This document shows, piece after piece, positions 1-14,446 of a stretch of 64,000 nt of DNA. The DNA comes from Botryllus schlosseri (Eukaryota). Both the position numbers and the translations under genes were made by a program. The DNA lies in contig CM119374.1 of the NCBI GenBank assembly GCA_051294905.1, forward strand, positions 19,468,001 through 19,532,000, read 5' to 3'. Within the stretch, counting starts at the first letter, position 1. The number at the start of each line of letters is the position of its first letter. The notes beneath the pieces were generated by a model. That model worked only from the letters and a program-made list of their open reading frames with translations. It did not search any database and was not told the DNA's origin.

Positions 1-870
1 TCACTGCACACTTTGTCAAGGACAATCGTGACCACTTGAGATCGACAGGTTGCCACTTGTCATAGAATTATGGTTGAGTGATACTTGCGCATATGAAATA
101 TCTATGTGAAACAAAAGTCCATTAATCACTACAATTACTGCAATCAGTGCCATCGATCAAAATCCTCATTTTCAGCACGGCATGTAGCACGTATCAGCAT
201 AAATGACATTACTGACACTTGTCACTAACCCTTTTGTGAATTAAAATATTTAAACAGGCACTTACTGAGATGAATGGCAGATAGTGGTCTAGCAATGTCA
301 CATAATTTTTTAACCAACACCATCAAAAATGATAGGCTTTAGGCTAATGGCATGAACTGAAACTTATAAGCAGTGTTTAAAGCAGTGCTTTAAAGATTTC
401 CGAGTAGGCCTATAGCTACAAAACATGCATTGTCGAGATTAATGATAATAATAGTAATAGCCCACATAATATTCCATTTAGAAACGGCACAGGTGAGATT
501 ATCAATTAAATTTTATTTGGTAGGTTTGGCGGTATCATCATAATCACGAGCTATCGATTGCAGTTGCGAAATTTGCGATATCTAGTATTGTTGGAGTGAA
601 TCATAGTTTGTGGTGCAAAAGGCAAACATTTGTGACAAGCATCACTATAATAGGCCTACATAACACATAACAAGCATGAGCAGTTTTGCATTGTTCTGAA
701 AATTACGTCTTCAGGTAGATGTATTATTCAAGCATCAAAGTTTTTGTAATATTATCAGTGACATCTCTGCCTACAAAACAAAATTAACAGCACTCTGCAC
801 TATGTTAGCTACATTGTATATCTGTGGCCGAATTGGGCCAAACTTTACAGCAACGAAAAAGGTCACTTAC

Positions 871-3800
871 CGGCTCCAAGTTTTAAAAGCATTGCTCGCT
901 CTTTTAAACAAGTACCCTTCGATAACGCGCATGGAAGATTGATTGATATGCTTGATGTACATGCTGCTATCCCCGGTCTAAACGGATATCCAATCAATTA
1001 ACGTTTGCGCTAAAGCATCAGCAACACAACTAACAGTTACCATGGACTGGTATCTGTCCTTCTGCGTGATCATGTCATTTTTCTCAGTGTCAATTTCGGA
1101 AGACAACTCCTCCAGCTGCGTAGGTTTAACAGAAACATTAAGACACGCATTCATATTGCTCACAACTTCGACTACTAGTAAACTTACTGGCATAGTAACT
1201 ATGACGGTATGCCACTAAATTAATGATTGCCCAGTAAACATTTGCTAGCCTGGTTACCGTAAGCTAGAAGTAGCAAGAAGTTGATGAATCGAACCTGATC
1301 GGCGGTTTTCTTGAAAAATGGCTGAATATCATTAAAAAGTTCGAATCCTTGATGAAAATAAGTGCGCAGCGCATGCATGAACGAGGTCATCTTAACAAGA
1401 AGAATAAGAACGAATAACAATGAGAATGCTCATCTTCGTCAATTAAGGTTATTTAGAGGGAAGATCAAATCATGTATAATATCATTCGAAGCAAACGTAA
1501 TCTCTATTATGGCTGACCAAAAAGTAGCGTCAACCCTATTTCCAGCAACATAATTTTTAATTCAATTATGTAATATATTACTTACATACTCTGTTTTGAA
1601 AGGCTGACACATGAATAAGGCTTTAAAAGCCCATTCAAGAACACTGTTTTTTAGGCAGATAAAAGCTCTTTGAGCAGCATGTAAAAATATAACTGAGTTT
1701 CATTGTAAACTGTGTCCAGACAACAATGCTAAAAAGCTGCATATCATTGTTAGAGTGATACATCAGTGTTGGTGTAAATATTGAATTTGGAAATTGAAAA
1801 TAATTTGAATGCACAGATTCTTCCTACAAGACAAATTCACAGTTTGCATTTGGCTGAATCCCATTGTATTATTGGATTTAAGAATCTATCGAGTCAGATT
1901 CACATTTGGATCTTTGTATTTGAGACATTGAACTACATCGACCAGTAACCTGCTACATTACATCTCAAACAAAATTACACGAGAAAAACCTATGCATTTA
2001 CTGAAGGTCAAAGGAAATGGACAACACAATCACACATCAGCACCGGCAAACACTCAAATCGTATGTCTCTATATTCTTCTCGTAACTGACATAAAACAAT
2101 ATTTACTACATTTTGCTATGTTTGCTGAAGGTGATCTGTTATCAAGTAGCCATGTACAATAGCAATTCTTCAACAACACAAAGCAATGTACGGTATATTT
2201 TATAGATATGTGTCATAACAAAAAATACATGAGCATAGTTGCAACACTTTACGAAACTACTGAGCTTGAGATGACATCAAAGAGACTTGACACTAATTTT
2301 ATTTTCCTACCTTCATTTGAAGCTAAATAAGATGATTCGCAAGCCAAATGTATAAGCAAGGAAAAATAGCTAATACAGTCCGTATTGGCAGTCCAATGAT
2401 AGCCCAACAATAGTAAGGCCTGTCATAAATCAATGAATAATTCATAGCTTAGCTTTCCAAAGCCAATTGCCGATTTCAACAACAGCTGTCTAGGTTAAGA
2501 AACACTGCTGCCAGCATTGCTAACAACGAGAAAAAATTTACCAGTGGGCAATATAGTTACTGTATTATACTCCCTCTGCATACCATGATACCAGTGATAG
2601 CTCATCTACCAACAATTAATATTGAAAGGAATGACCAGAAGCCAGCATTGGGGAAATCACCTGGCAATGACGTAGCATTATAGTAGCTAGGGCACACAGT
2701 TGAAATAGTGACAAATATTCATCTCTTTCATTAAATGCAAAGAAACTGAATGCAAATATTGCTCTCTAAATCTTCAGCATTCAATATTACAATTTTAATA
2801 CGGTGTTTATACTAAAACAACATTTAAAACAGTGCCTCTTATACGGTAATGACGAAGCATTAAAACTGTAAATAGTCACAAACCTGCGATATAGTGCAAG
2901 TCCGTTTATTCTTATGTAACATATTCATCTGCAAAAAAGAATAAAATTAGTAATGCACCTACGTTTTCGCACGCAGCGATATATTTACTTGAAAAACATA
3001 ATCCATGGAACTTTTACGAAACGTTGCTTTCTGCGCGCTAAGCGCTGATTCGGATTCTTCGATTTCGCTGGTTTTCAACCGGTTGATTGAAGCGTATTTG
3101 CTCAAAGCGCTTTCGTAGTCATTCGAAGCTTTGTCAAACACCTTCTTCAAGTCGTGGTTCGCCTTCACGTCGCTGTGAATAGTGTTGAAAATTACGGTGG
3201 TGGCTCAAGTAGTTGTAGTTTATACTCAGAGACGCAAAGCGAACCTCAGGTAGAAGTAGCAACATATTGCCGGCAAAGTACTCAATCAAGTAGTTTGAAG
3301 AAGCAAGACACACCGCTGACTTTTGTTTGTGAATCTCCAGAGAAGGTTGTCCAAATCGCGATGTGCATTTTTGCAACAAAGTTTCAAGTTCACATTCCAC
3401 TACCGGTATCATAATACATTGTCGACATGCAAGTTAGCTTCAAAAACGTCTACGCAGAAGCGGTATTAGTCCAATAGCGCCAATTCTACCTACACCAGCA
3501 ACAAGAATGGAATCAACCCATTCTCTCACTGTCACGAACTTTGCAATGTATGAATATACCAATACCATGATCCAGCTAAAATCTTAAAACCACCGGACCA
3601 AGCAAGTGATCATTGAATCAATCGAACAAATTGAAATACTGCAGTATGCATAACTATATAGCAGTAGCTCGAGGACGTGGTGCACTGATATTTTCCTCGT
3701 AGGGTACTGTACACAGATTGAATTTTTGAATACAGAAAAAAAAAGAAAAAATCGTTAAAATGACATTGAGTTGAATTCTTAAATTTTAGTGCACGTGCAT

Positions 3801-6800
3801 TACCAATTCACGTTCCATCTGTCGGAAGCAGAAAAAGGAAGGCTCAGCAACAAATACAAATATGATATCGCGATTGACCACGAGGCTGTTTAATGGCTTG
3901 GCACAAGTGCTACCACAACGACTTCCTTGTGCTTCAAGTCAAATAGAAACTCAAGTGAAATGTACAGTCTCGTTGAATAACAAGTCTCCATTCTCAAAAG
4001 TGAAATGTTCGCAAAAGCGTGACAAAAATGATCTCGTGGATAATGTACATATACAAAATACAATACAATTATATTCCCACGTAGGCAGAAAGACAAAGAC
4101 ATCACATTTAAAGGCGCGTTGTAGAGGGTTGTTATCGACTGAACTTATGTGGAACATTTATGTTCTAATAATTGTTAAGATCAATACTTTTGCATTATTA
4201 CTGTAGTTTTGTGAGGTATTGAACAAAAATCACAAAACAATGGCTGACCCTGCATAGTGAAAACATTTTGGTTTAGAGATTCCTCATTTTAATAACGACC
4301 TGTCGAAATTTGAACATTATACTAAAATTTCTAAGAAATTGGCAGTAGGCCTACTTTTCCTTCATTATCTATATGCCTTTAACCAAACACGATTTGACTT
4401 TGTTTCATAGAATATATTTTGTTCTCATTCTCCATCCTATACGATTTTGGCCCCAATAAATTGTAGAAAAACAACGGTGTTCCTCTTAGACGCTACATAA
4501 ATACTGGTATGAGAGGTATCAGTCAGAAACTTCAACCACTGCTGCTTGTATACTAAAAATAAGTTAAAACAATGTAATATGTACTGCGTGATCAGTGGCA
4601 TATTCACTAATGGTGCACATGCTATTTTTCACAAATCGAGTCAACTTGGATTGATTTCACGAACCTGGAATGGAAACGGAGCACGGATTTGAAGTTTTTT
4701 GTCCACATGCAATCTGACACTCGATATCAGATGATAAAAATTGACAAAGGGTAGGTACCACTCACTATACCTCGCACACAATGCAAGAGATGACGTCATA
4801 AACGTCACTTTTGCGACACAGAAAACGACAAGTCAACGCAGCGAGTATCGCCGAGTCATGTAGTAGTAGTTTCACACAAGAAAACTGAAGGCTCACTTTC
4901 TGAGGAAATGTGTCATTTTCTGGTTGATCGATTGCTGGGCTTGATCCAAAATCTAAAATTCACCGTGTAGGTAGATGGGTTAGCATTTAGAGCAATGGAT
5001 TTCAAAATCATGTCGACATTCGCAAATAGGAAACAAAAAACTGTATATTCTTCGAGATTAACACATGAACAATCGTGCATGGCTGCAATGCCAGAGCTAT
5101 CACATGACAGTATCAAGGTTATAAATGTTATAGTGACGTTTTCGAACTAGTCAAGTCAAGAAGAATAACAAAAAGGAACTATTGAAGCTTGGAAGTGACA
5201 TATATATTGCTAGAAGTCAACACAAATCAAAATTATGTATCGTATGGTATTAATAGGCGAATACTTAGTATTTATTATTTCATAAATTATGGATATAATC
5301 CAAGATGAGGCTTAGCTAACCAAACATCTGAAGAAAATTCAAAACAGACCTCGGCATTAGTGGCTAGTTATAATGCTACCAGGAAGTGTACTTATAATAA
5401 CATTATAGTTGACCATCACAACTATCTGTTCGAGAAGCTGTTGGTCTGTAAGAGGCTATTGAGACTTTTGCTCAACTTAATTTAATTCATGAAATGTCCC
5501 CAACAGGAATAATACGGTTGGTATTAACACCTGCAGCAAACTGAGCCAGCACAATCTCATACATACTGCAAGTAATTGAACCTGATAATTATGATAACAA
5601 TTTCAACTAGATTTCACGAGCATATAATTTGCTATTTGACTAGCAATAACTAACAAGATAGGCCTATAGGAGTCATCAAAGTGTGAATTTGTGCAAACTT
5701 ACATAGGACAAGTAGCATCTTTGCAATGCCATATTTCAACATCTGTTATTGAATGACTGGACGACAGTTTGTGTTAGTCAAGTAACAATTTTAAGCCAAC
5801 GGTTTGATGAGACACACTACGTGCAATAATTGGACATTGCACGTCTGTCATAAACGGCTCAAGAGATCTTCAATCGTGTTGAAGCGACAGCAATATTTCG
5901 ATTGCTATTTTCGGGACTCAATTCACCACCAAAAATGCTTCACAAATCTTGACAAGAGGCATAAACATTCACATATAATAAACATCAGTATAGTATTTGA
6001 ATCACAACTATAATGGTAGCATACCAATACCAGTACTGTAAAACATACGACTCATTTTTGAACCATTGACAGACAACATAAGAAAGTGTGTTGGTATTCA
6101 ATCTGATGAATAAGTTTCTCTACCTTATATATAGCACTTCTCATTCCCATGGCCACAATGGTATCTTAGGGTCATGGGCTGCAAATATTAATTACAGGCT
6201 CCACTTTTTGTATCACAGCGATTCAAGATGACCATAAATCATCACAATTTCGTTCATATGACTTTATTTCAGCAAAATCAACCATTACGCTACTAGTTCA
6301 CTTGTATTGTTTCAATACTCGACTTTGATTGGAGTATGCGACTTTCTGTGTGCAGCAGCAATATTGGCTCGTACTTTGTTACCATGAATAGCCCAATCAT
6401 GATCATCAATCACTATATGCTACCCGTGGTCGTTTTAGCACAGCACCCATATCACATATGTAGAACAAAATCAAAATCTTGCACTCGCAAGATCAATAAC
6501 CAAATAATAGAATGTCAGTTTACTTACTTGATGAAAAGAGTTGAGCTCGTCCAGAATATGCAAAAACTGAGTAATAACATCCTGTAACAATGAGTTAGGC
6601 TATTGGAAAGGATAATTTCGAACTATTTTTCGATGAAACTACAGTCAAACAATCATTAATCCACAATCAAGAATATGCAACACATACCTTCACGAATTCA
6701 TCTTTTTTATAATAATTCACCATATCTTGTAAAACTTGCTTCAACAGTCTAAACACAATGAATTCATACTATACTACAGACAAAGGCATTTACTTTCCAT

Positions 6801-8399
6801 ATTGTATAGCTGGAAATTACACAGATGTTGAGCTTGTAGATCAAGTGGTAATGCTAGGTAGCTTTATATGATCGCGAATTCAAGTGGCAAACAGCAGCAT
6901 TGAGCATTTAGCCTTGCAAGAACTCCCGAGCACTGACTAACTGATTATTGAAACAAACAGAGGTATGTAGCAAATTATAAGTACTTCTTTTCGTGGGGAA
7001 TATTTACTTGCATACACGATACAAGAATAACAAAGTAAGATATAACCACCGCGCTTGACTTTACTTGACAAGGAAGCGCATATATGGATATAGGTAGGCA
7101 ACATCCAACTCAAGAATTTGGTATGAGCAGAGCGGACGCAAATTTCCAAAACATGTAAATTGACGGATTATTATATATTCTCTGATAGAACTACAATTTA
7201 CATGAATACGGGAGTGAAATATTTAAAAAAAATATGACTCAGGCAATGTATAGAATGGATACATACTCATGTGCATGGTTGTAATGCTTTTCAGCTTCAT
7301 ACATAAACGAAGATTGCTTCGACACCTGGGAACAGAGGTGTGTGAATAAAATAGAATGTGCAAGACGCAAGAGAGTGCAATTATAAGCCTGCGTGCATCT
7401 GTTTTAGACACTGATTTTCTCAAAGAAAGAATTGTTTATGATGAATTGTGCAAAATAGAATGCATAAGAATAACAGGATAATAAGTCTCCTTGAGATGTA
7501 GTCGCGAAAGCCTTTTTTCACAGGATTTCACGAACCATAGGAGCCTAAACAATGAATGAATATAGCGCTAACACAAAATTTGTTACATAACAATCGACGT
7601 CTAACGTCAATACAAAGTGCTTCAATCGGGAAAACAGCAGAGATCACCAACTTATAAAGTGTTGACAGCTATTATATTTACCAATTTCAGGACTAAATAA
7701 AAAATATTCTTAAAAGAGTAACGTCATAAACAATGTATCACAAATAATTCATAAATAACGATCAAATTTTTTTACATATTCTCCAGGTGGACAGTAGTCC
7801 ATATTCAAAAGTCCATTCTTCATTAAAAATTGAGATTTGTTGATGAATTGATGCAGAAACTTGAGCGAGAGCGAGCAATGTCATTGATAACCAGAACTGC
7901 TGTGCAGGATTAAATATGATATGAATCAGCTTGCTCCAACTCAAAACTGTATAAAAAAAACTCGCACAATGATAGTTCTTGCTGAAATAAACTATTTCAT
8001 TATATTGGGATGTATTTAAATGTTTGTGCCAATATATCAGCAATTCAGCATGACTAAATTAGCATTAAATCACTAGAGAGAACATCAAAACCTTAAGAAC
8101 ATTATGATGTGATTGCATGGAAATGCTAGTCTTCAGCATAACTGGAACCAATAGCTGGAAACAGACAATGGAGTGCCAATATTATATCCAAGTTAGCACT
8201 AGCATGATTGTGATATAAACAATTACTTTATCAAGCAGGTTCTGCAACGCTGTGGTATCGGCCTCTGCATGATGTAACGACTCCCTGTTCAAAAATACTA
8301 TCATTATACACAGAAATTGATATGGATAAACCCGCATTTTTATTACCTGAATGTGGGAGAGTCTTTGATACATTCTGCAAACTCCAACGAAGGAGGCAT
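871..8399 (-). CDS. ACAP: ArfGAP with coiled-coil/BAR, ankyrin and PH domains (centaurin-beta), 5' part; continues past the left edge of the window
   Basis: Phase-consistent GT-AG exons at 8347-8399, 8227-8284, 7267-7325, 6688-6748, 6528-6581, 4897-4952, 2989-3172, 2884-2928, 1295-1390, 1041-1115 and 871-977. They translate to MPPSLEFAECIKDSPTFR..., a BAR domain (KKVFDKASNDYESALSK...DYVFQ; SFMHALRTYFHQGFELF) and the PH-domain start IEGYLFKRASNAFKTWSR, which is typical of ACAP1/2/3. The paralog number cannot be assigned. Confidence 0.92.
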
Positions 8400-9739
8400 T
8401 TTGCAAAATAGAGGTGGATTATCTCCAAAAATATATTTAATGAACAACGGTCCTACAACTGGAAAGAAAGTCAGATACAATGACAACACCAAAGTGTCAC
8501 CAATGCATAATTGGAACATGATAGGAACCCAATAAAAATTTAAATACTAAAAAGTCGCAGTCGCAATGGATACCAGATTAGATTCGTCAACATCAGACGG
8601 GCAATGAAATTTCATAGAATATACACCGGCAATATCTGACAATGTATCTCACTTATTTTCTAATATCAACATCTGGTACGCTATATTAAGACTATACATT
8701 ATACAAGGCAACAACAATGGAAGTAGCCTACGTTCCAAAAATTGCTTGCATAGCATTGCAAGGTGCATTTTTAAATAGTCGAGACCCACAGTGTCAAGAT
8801 GCAGCCGATGTGTAGCAAATATCAATAAAACTGCCGTTGTTAGGTAAGCTACATTTCTGCATTTCACAGCTTTTCAGTAACATCTCGGACGCCTATAGCA
8901 GACAGCCTATTTCCATACCAGCCAAACATATTCAATTAGTACAGTGGCTCTCAAAGTGTGGTACGGCAAGGCCTTTACAAGTGGCACGCAAAAGTTTGAC
9001 TGTTTTTAATTGCATTAGGCCTACAATTTTCTGTCCTTTGCAGCAGCTAAAACCCCCGTAAAGCTCAGGATGTTGATTCGAAACATGCAGTAAAGAATCA
9101 AGAGTGTCAGCAAGTATTCTCGGCCTTATTGACCATCAAATCCAATAGCTGGAATCGTACGATTGAGCTTAGACATAATCTGATGTGCTGTTGAGTAATG
9201 TGATACCAGGATAGACAGTTGAATCTGCCAAATTTTTGTTTTCTTATGATGTAGGGTACGGTACTAGTAATATTGCCAATCACTAATCAATATGGGTACA
9301 TTTGAGTGAAATAAGCCATTCAGGATACCAGTGGTATGCAGCATAGTTAAAAACAAATTAGTAGTACACGATTGGAAAAGATATGATATCAATATGGGAT
9401 TTGGAGGTCTAAACCAAATATGTACCAGTAAGCGACAAGCCAGTCAAGTAAGCTAGTACGTACACTGTTTAGGGTCCTGTACCCTTGATGACACAAGATA
9501 CCTTGTCTCAGTTTCTTCGAAAACAAGCTATCCTGGGCAATATAAGAATCTTGAAATAGCGCATGAAAATATGACCCATCTCAGTGCTTCCAAAATAAGT
9601 CGCCTGTCGGCCACTGCCAATGGTCGGGACGCACTGAGAAGGTTGGTTAATAACAGCTTGGATATTACTGTGGAAAATATGTCAGGCAGTAAACCCACCA
9701 ATTTGCTTAGGACTGATAGATGTTTTGAGGATATGCGGA

Positions 9740-10924
9740 TCACGAAGATGACGAGCCTGGAAGCCATCCGTTCAAAGCAAGGAAATTCACAATCTTTTTC
9801 TTTTGATGCTTCTCCAGATAGCCTGGAAAACGCACCTTAATACCGATCCCGTGTTGCTTCTGCAGGTATTCCTTCACGATCAGAGTTTTGCTGGTTATGT
9901 AACGAGACGGTATCATTTTGAGTGATTTGCAGAGTATTTTTTCTTCGCTGCTCAAATAATGACAGCCATACTCGAGGAGTAACTTATCCAAAGGTTTATC
10001 GTTCTGAACCGAGTCCGGCGACTTCAGGTTTAGTTTCGCCCTCGTACGGCGGCGGTGTTTTACGTCAAAAACGGCCGCGTCATCCAGCTTCTTGATGCCG
10101 TGCTTGCGGTACAACTTCAAATGTTTCACTTTCATTTTCAGTATCTGCTCGCGGCGGAAATCTCTCGAAAAACTCGCAGCCTGCTGCTCTCTCATAAACT
10201 GCAGGCAGGACAGCAGCCGTTTCGGGTAATCGCGGGAGTTTTTGTTGAAAAATTTCTCCACCAAATTGTATTCCCGCGCGACCACTTTTCTCCTGTGACG
10301 CTCCCGCAGTTTTTCGAGGTAGATCGAGACTTTCGCGACCTTCAAATTTGTGTCTAAATCGGTGTCTTCTATGTTCGGAATAAGTCCAGATATGATAGTT
10401 TCCGCATCGTTATCATGTTCCATTTCATAATCGTCTCGAAGCGGCATGTACGCAAGTTGCGATTCTTGCTCTTTTGTGACTTCAGAATCTTTAGCGAGAT
10501 TCAAAGCACCGGTTTGATTTAGTGCAGGAGCATGGTCTGTTACTCCGTTCGGTATCTTACCAGGTACAGTTGCCATGCCCAAATCTGAACTATCAATGTA
10601 TGATTTATAATAATGTTCTTCCAAATCTTGAGCCTTCTTTCCTTCCACGTAACAGGCCACATCTTCCCAGTTTCCAATACCAAATTGCTCAATACCTTCC
10701 AACAATAACTTCTCTTCAACCGCAGTCCAGTTTTGCTCAATCACTGGAAAATTTCCTGCGTCGATGATTTTGTACAAGTGTCGATTTGAATGTGACTGGA
10801 ACTCCGCGCCTCGCGAAAAACATGGCGGACATATACTCGCGTTGGGGCATTCGGCACATTTAATATACACAGTGTCCAATTCCTTGTGGCAATTACCGCA
10901 TTGAGGTTTGTTCTCAGTTTCCAT
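9740..10924 (-). CDS. TADA2B: Transcriptional adaptor 2-beta (SAGA subunit), single coding exon, 394 aa
   Basis: ZZ zinc finger (CGNC...CAEC...CPPCF...H), SANT domain (WTAVEEKLLLEGIEQFGIGNWEDVA), the IPNGVTDH and YMPLRDDYEMEHDNDAE motifs of the Ada2b clade, and a C-terminal SWIRM-like region. Confidence 0.93.
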   Translation of the reverse strand: METENKPQCGNCHKELDTVYIKCAECPNASICPPCFSRGAEFQSHSNRHLYKIIDAGNFPVIEQNWTAVEEKLLLEGIEQFGIGNWEDVACYVEGKKAQDLEEHYYKSYIDSSDLGMATVPGKIPNGVTDHAPALNQTGALNLAKDSEVTKEQESQLAYMPLRDDYEMEHDNDAETIISGLIPNIEDTDLDTNLKVAKVSIYLEKLRERHRRKVVAREYNLVEKFFNKNSRDYPKRLLSCLQFMREQQAASFSRDFRREQILKMKVKHLKLYRKHGIKKLDDAAVFDVKHRRRTRAKLNLKSPDSVQNDKPLDKLLLEYGCHYLSSEEKILCKSLKMIPSRYITSKTLIVKEYLQKQHGIGIKVRFPGYLEKHQKKKIVNFLALNGWLPGSSSS

Positions 10925-12149
10925 ACTGTCAGAATAGAGGCTACGGAGGGATATGGCTAGACTGGAATATCAATTGCATACTAGAACACCTGAGGAGATA
11001 ACACCATTAAGATAAGTATTGGCATGATTCCTTCAATTACTCACAAATTAAGGTATTAAAAAGTGATTGAACGCTTTCTAGAGCAATACAACTGATTGGT
11101 TTATATTATACAACAAATGGAGACCGAGCATTGGAGCACAGATTTTTTCCTCAAATATCAAGAAAATGATGAACAAGATAGCATACTTATAATTGAGTGG
11201 TATATGGGCGTGAAAAATTAACACCGCAATATCGATCATCCCCATTTGAACACCTTAACTCATGATTTTTCTAATCGCATTTGGAAAATCCTTTAAAAAA
11301 AACACAGAACACTCAAGATACCTTATAGATATGCAGTCTGTCAGCCAATTTTGCCAACTGAAAACGCATGTTTTCCGATAATAATCTTGAAAAAATGTGC
11401 ACATGGAAAGGATTTGCAACCTTATAATATATAAATAACACAGTAATACCGCAACATGTTCAAATATTCCAGTAGTTAAAAATTTCATCATCTCATCAAG
11501 AAATTGGTGATGGCGAAACATATCAGTAAATTCAATATTGGAGAGTGGAGACTAAAGATATACCAATTAAGAATTCCTGTTCGTGTGTTCGAGCAAATCA
11601 AGCGAAGATAAAAATCTATTTGCAGGTCGTCTAAATTTTTACATAAATATTCATGGTGTAAGTCAGAATATGCATATTTCAGTTTTTTCTCCGTCTTACC
11701 ATATAGCCTAGCATACTAATACTTTAGCTAATCTCAACCTTCAAACGTAGGCTATAGCTCGAACATACCTGGCCTGGCCCAGGATTGGAAACAGTGGTTG
11801 TTTTCGGCAATGAGTTGCACGTGACAGAAGGGTTTCTTACATGAAATAACCAAGTAATTACTCGATAAGTTGCGGTTGACGTTGCCACCAATTCCACTCA
11901 GGGCCTGGCCTTAACAGCTCTTATAATAAAATTTCAATTATTATTGGCAGAATTCCTGGCTGAGCACGAGTCTATTTTCTAACAATGAACACTGGTCCCC
12001 CTCTAATGATCAACATCGGACTTCAGCAATAAAAGTATAAAACATCTTAAACCGTTCAACGAATACACCGGGTAGGCTATATTTGCAGACTGCAGTTGCA
12101 GTGTAGACATTTCCCGTTCATCAACTAGCCTATAGTATTTCGGTTGTGG

Positions 12150-12700
12150 TTAATGAAGATGTCGCCGTTACTTTATTTCAACCCACTGACGTACCATAGG
12201 GTAGGTAACCCCCCAATTCTCGACACGTCCATTGTAAACAATTGTCGCACCCGTTCAGCTCATCTTCATTCCAATTTCCAAACAATCCTTAGAACAGCAG
12301 CAGCCAGCGGTCAGGCTTCAGCGCGCACTTAAGTCCGGAGTTCTGTCAGTGGGGCATCGAATCAGGGATATCTATAGGCCCATTTACATGACGGTTTAAG
12401 TCAGCTTCGAAGCTGACTCGTCGATCCGACTCTCTCGTATTCGATGAAAAGAGAAAGGCAAACTGCCTCAAGTCGACTCGAGCCTCAAGCTGTTGTGTAA
12501 TGTGGTTTACGATCGGCTTGAGTATGTAGTCATCGGCGTCCGGCGATTTTCGTTCGACTGCGCTGTTTTTTGCCGCGCGGGCTCTTGGCATCGTAATTCA
12601 TGTTTTTCATCTGATGTTGAGAAATTGGGCAAACATGGCAAGGAAAAGTGGGGTTACTTTGTAAGTGCTCACTTGTTTACGATGGAATATCATATGTAGT
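12150..12700. promoter_or_regulatory. CpG-rich segment upstream of TADA2B; possible (bidirectional) promoter region
   Basis: Local CpG/GC enrichment in an AT-rich background, about 1.3 kb upstream of TADA2B. A plus-strand GTAAGT donor lies at 12661. No transcript data. Confidence 0.35.
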
Positions 12701-14446
12701 ACACCAGTACCGGAGTAGCAACCGTGCTCTTTTAGGGCAGTTTTATATTTGATATTTGGCCGCGACGCTTCGATCTGTAGAAGCCTATAGTTGCTGTCAT
12801 CAGCTTCATAAAATGGCTAACAAGGTAAAACGTTGCATCTGTTTTTCAACTTCTCAGACTACAGTTCGGAAGGGATGTGGATTGTAACGGTACTACGATT
12901 CGACTACGACATGCATAGTGAACTTATGGAAGAAGCGGCCTTGCAGTGTGCTATATCGATACGGGAATACATTAACGATTGCTGCATTTCGTACATAGGC
13001 CTACTGTTCCACTGGATAAACTGATGTGAGCGCGCATGTGATGGGATGGAGCTGGTGTCTCTCCCAGGTGGATGATATGGAGCTTTGTGACTCTCCTGGT
13101 GATGATGAAGCGCAGCGGTGTTAGGATTATTACTTTGTTTTTAGTTGTGGGTTATAGTGTTCTGCTGATATGATGCGGTCGTGCGGGTGTTCACGATTTT
13201 CAGCTTGCTGTTTTGATATTGTATTCATGGTAGCGTGTTTGTGAGGGTGCTGAAATTGGCACTTCTCAAAGTTTAATTGGTGGGTAGCAATTTAGTAGTA
13301 GTGCTCTATATTGCTCTTTAAGACAGTTTTATAGACATTCTTGGTATTGTTAACTTCCTATTTGGTATATCATGCCGACAAGATGCTTCAATAAAATCTC
13401 TGCAGTAGTTCCTGTATCGTGACATGACTCTTAAGTCACCGGCATACATGGGGTAGTCTGTTACAGAGGAGCGGCCGAACAACTAGAGGCCACATGGGGT
13501 TTGCAAGTGGGTCACTTGAGTGTTGATGACCTTATTTTAATCGCATCGACAAGTGATGCCTGACATATCAAAACAGTCGTTACTCCTGCCTATACTCCAC
13601 GGCCCATCTTCGTTGACGCCGAAAAAGCTAGCTGATAACTTATATTTGTTGTTTTCCTCTACAATCATGATATGAACAAGATTATTTTCCTCTACAAATA
13701 TCGATATTATGAGTATCTCATCATCCTCGTTAATTTGGAGGATAAGAAACGTTTCAGAGTACGACCAAACACACATTGTTGTTGTACCTTTGCCCACCAA
13801 ACTTACTACGAATATATATTTGTAAGGGGTAAAGCGACACCGGGTCGTCCACGATACAGCTTCCTGAAGGATCATGTAAACAGGGCCCTTTAACGACTCA
13901 GCTTGGAAAGGAGACGTGACGTCACTGGAGACGACTTGAACGTCAAGTCGAGTCGAACATGTAACCAGGCCTTATGTTTAGATTACCGCTAGCTGACTGT
14001 GTTCATTACGTCTCATTGTGTGTTTTGTATATTGGTGTGTGTCTGGGCAGACGAAGATATAACCGGACAATTACTGTCCCAAAATTACCAATACTGGTAC
14101 GAGTGCTACGCCTTACCATATTTGGAATTGAATCCTCTACGTTCGATAGGAAAACAATCATGGCTATGTTACCATGACCGACTCAACTAAAATTGGATGA
14201 TTTGCTAACTACAAAACAAGCCTCTAACGCAGCGGTTCTCAACCGGGGGTCCGCGGACCCCTGGGGGTCCGCGAAGCATTTTCAGGGGGTCCGCGAAGCC
14301 TCCAAATATTCGATAACCTAATTTGTATTTTTTTAATTCGGAAAATCGCGAAGCAGAGTCGATTCATTACTAGTAAAACTCCAGAGCTCACCTTGACAGA
14401 ATGGCCGTCTGAGACGGAATATCCCACTGCGCAGACTCATTTTAAT

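Noticed and set aside
9571-10767. Plus-strand ORFs overlapping TADA2B (and similar ORFs opposite NFKBIL1, BRCC3, PIH1D1 and the RRM exons)
   Set aside because: Antisense shadows of real coding sequence with no recognisable domains.
13050-13900. Possible degenerate LINE reverse-transcriptase remnant (including ORF 13537-13875)
   Set aside because: Only vague motif resemblance and no YADD/FADD core; cannot be supported without a profile search.
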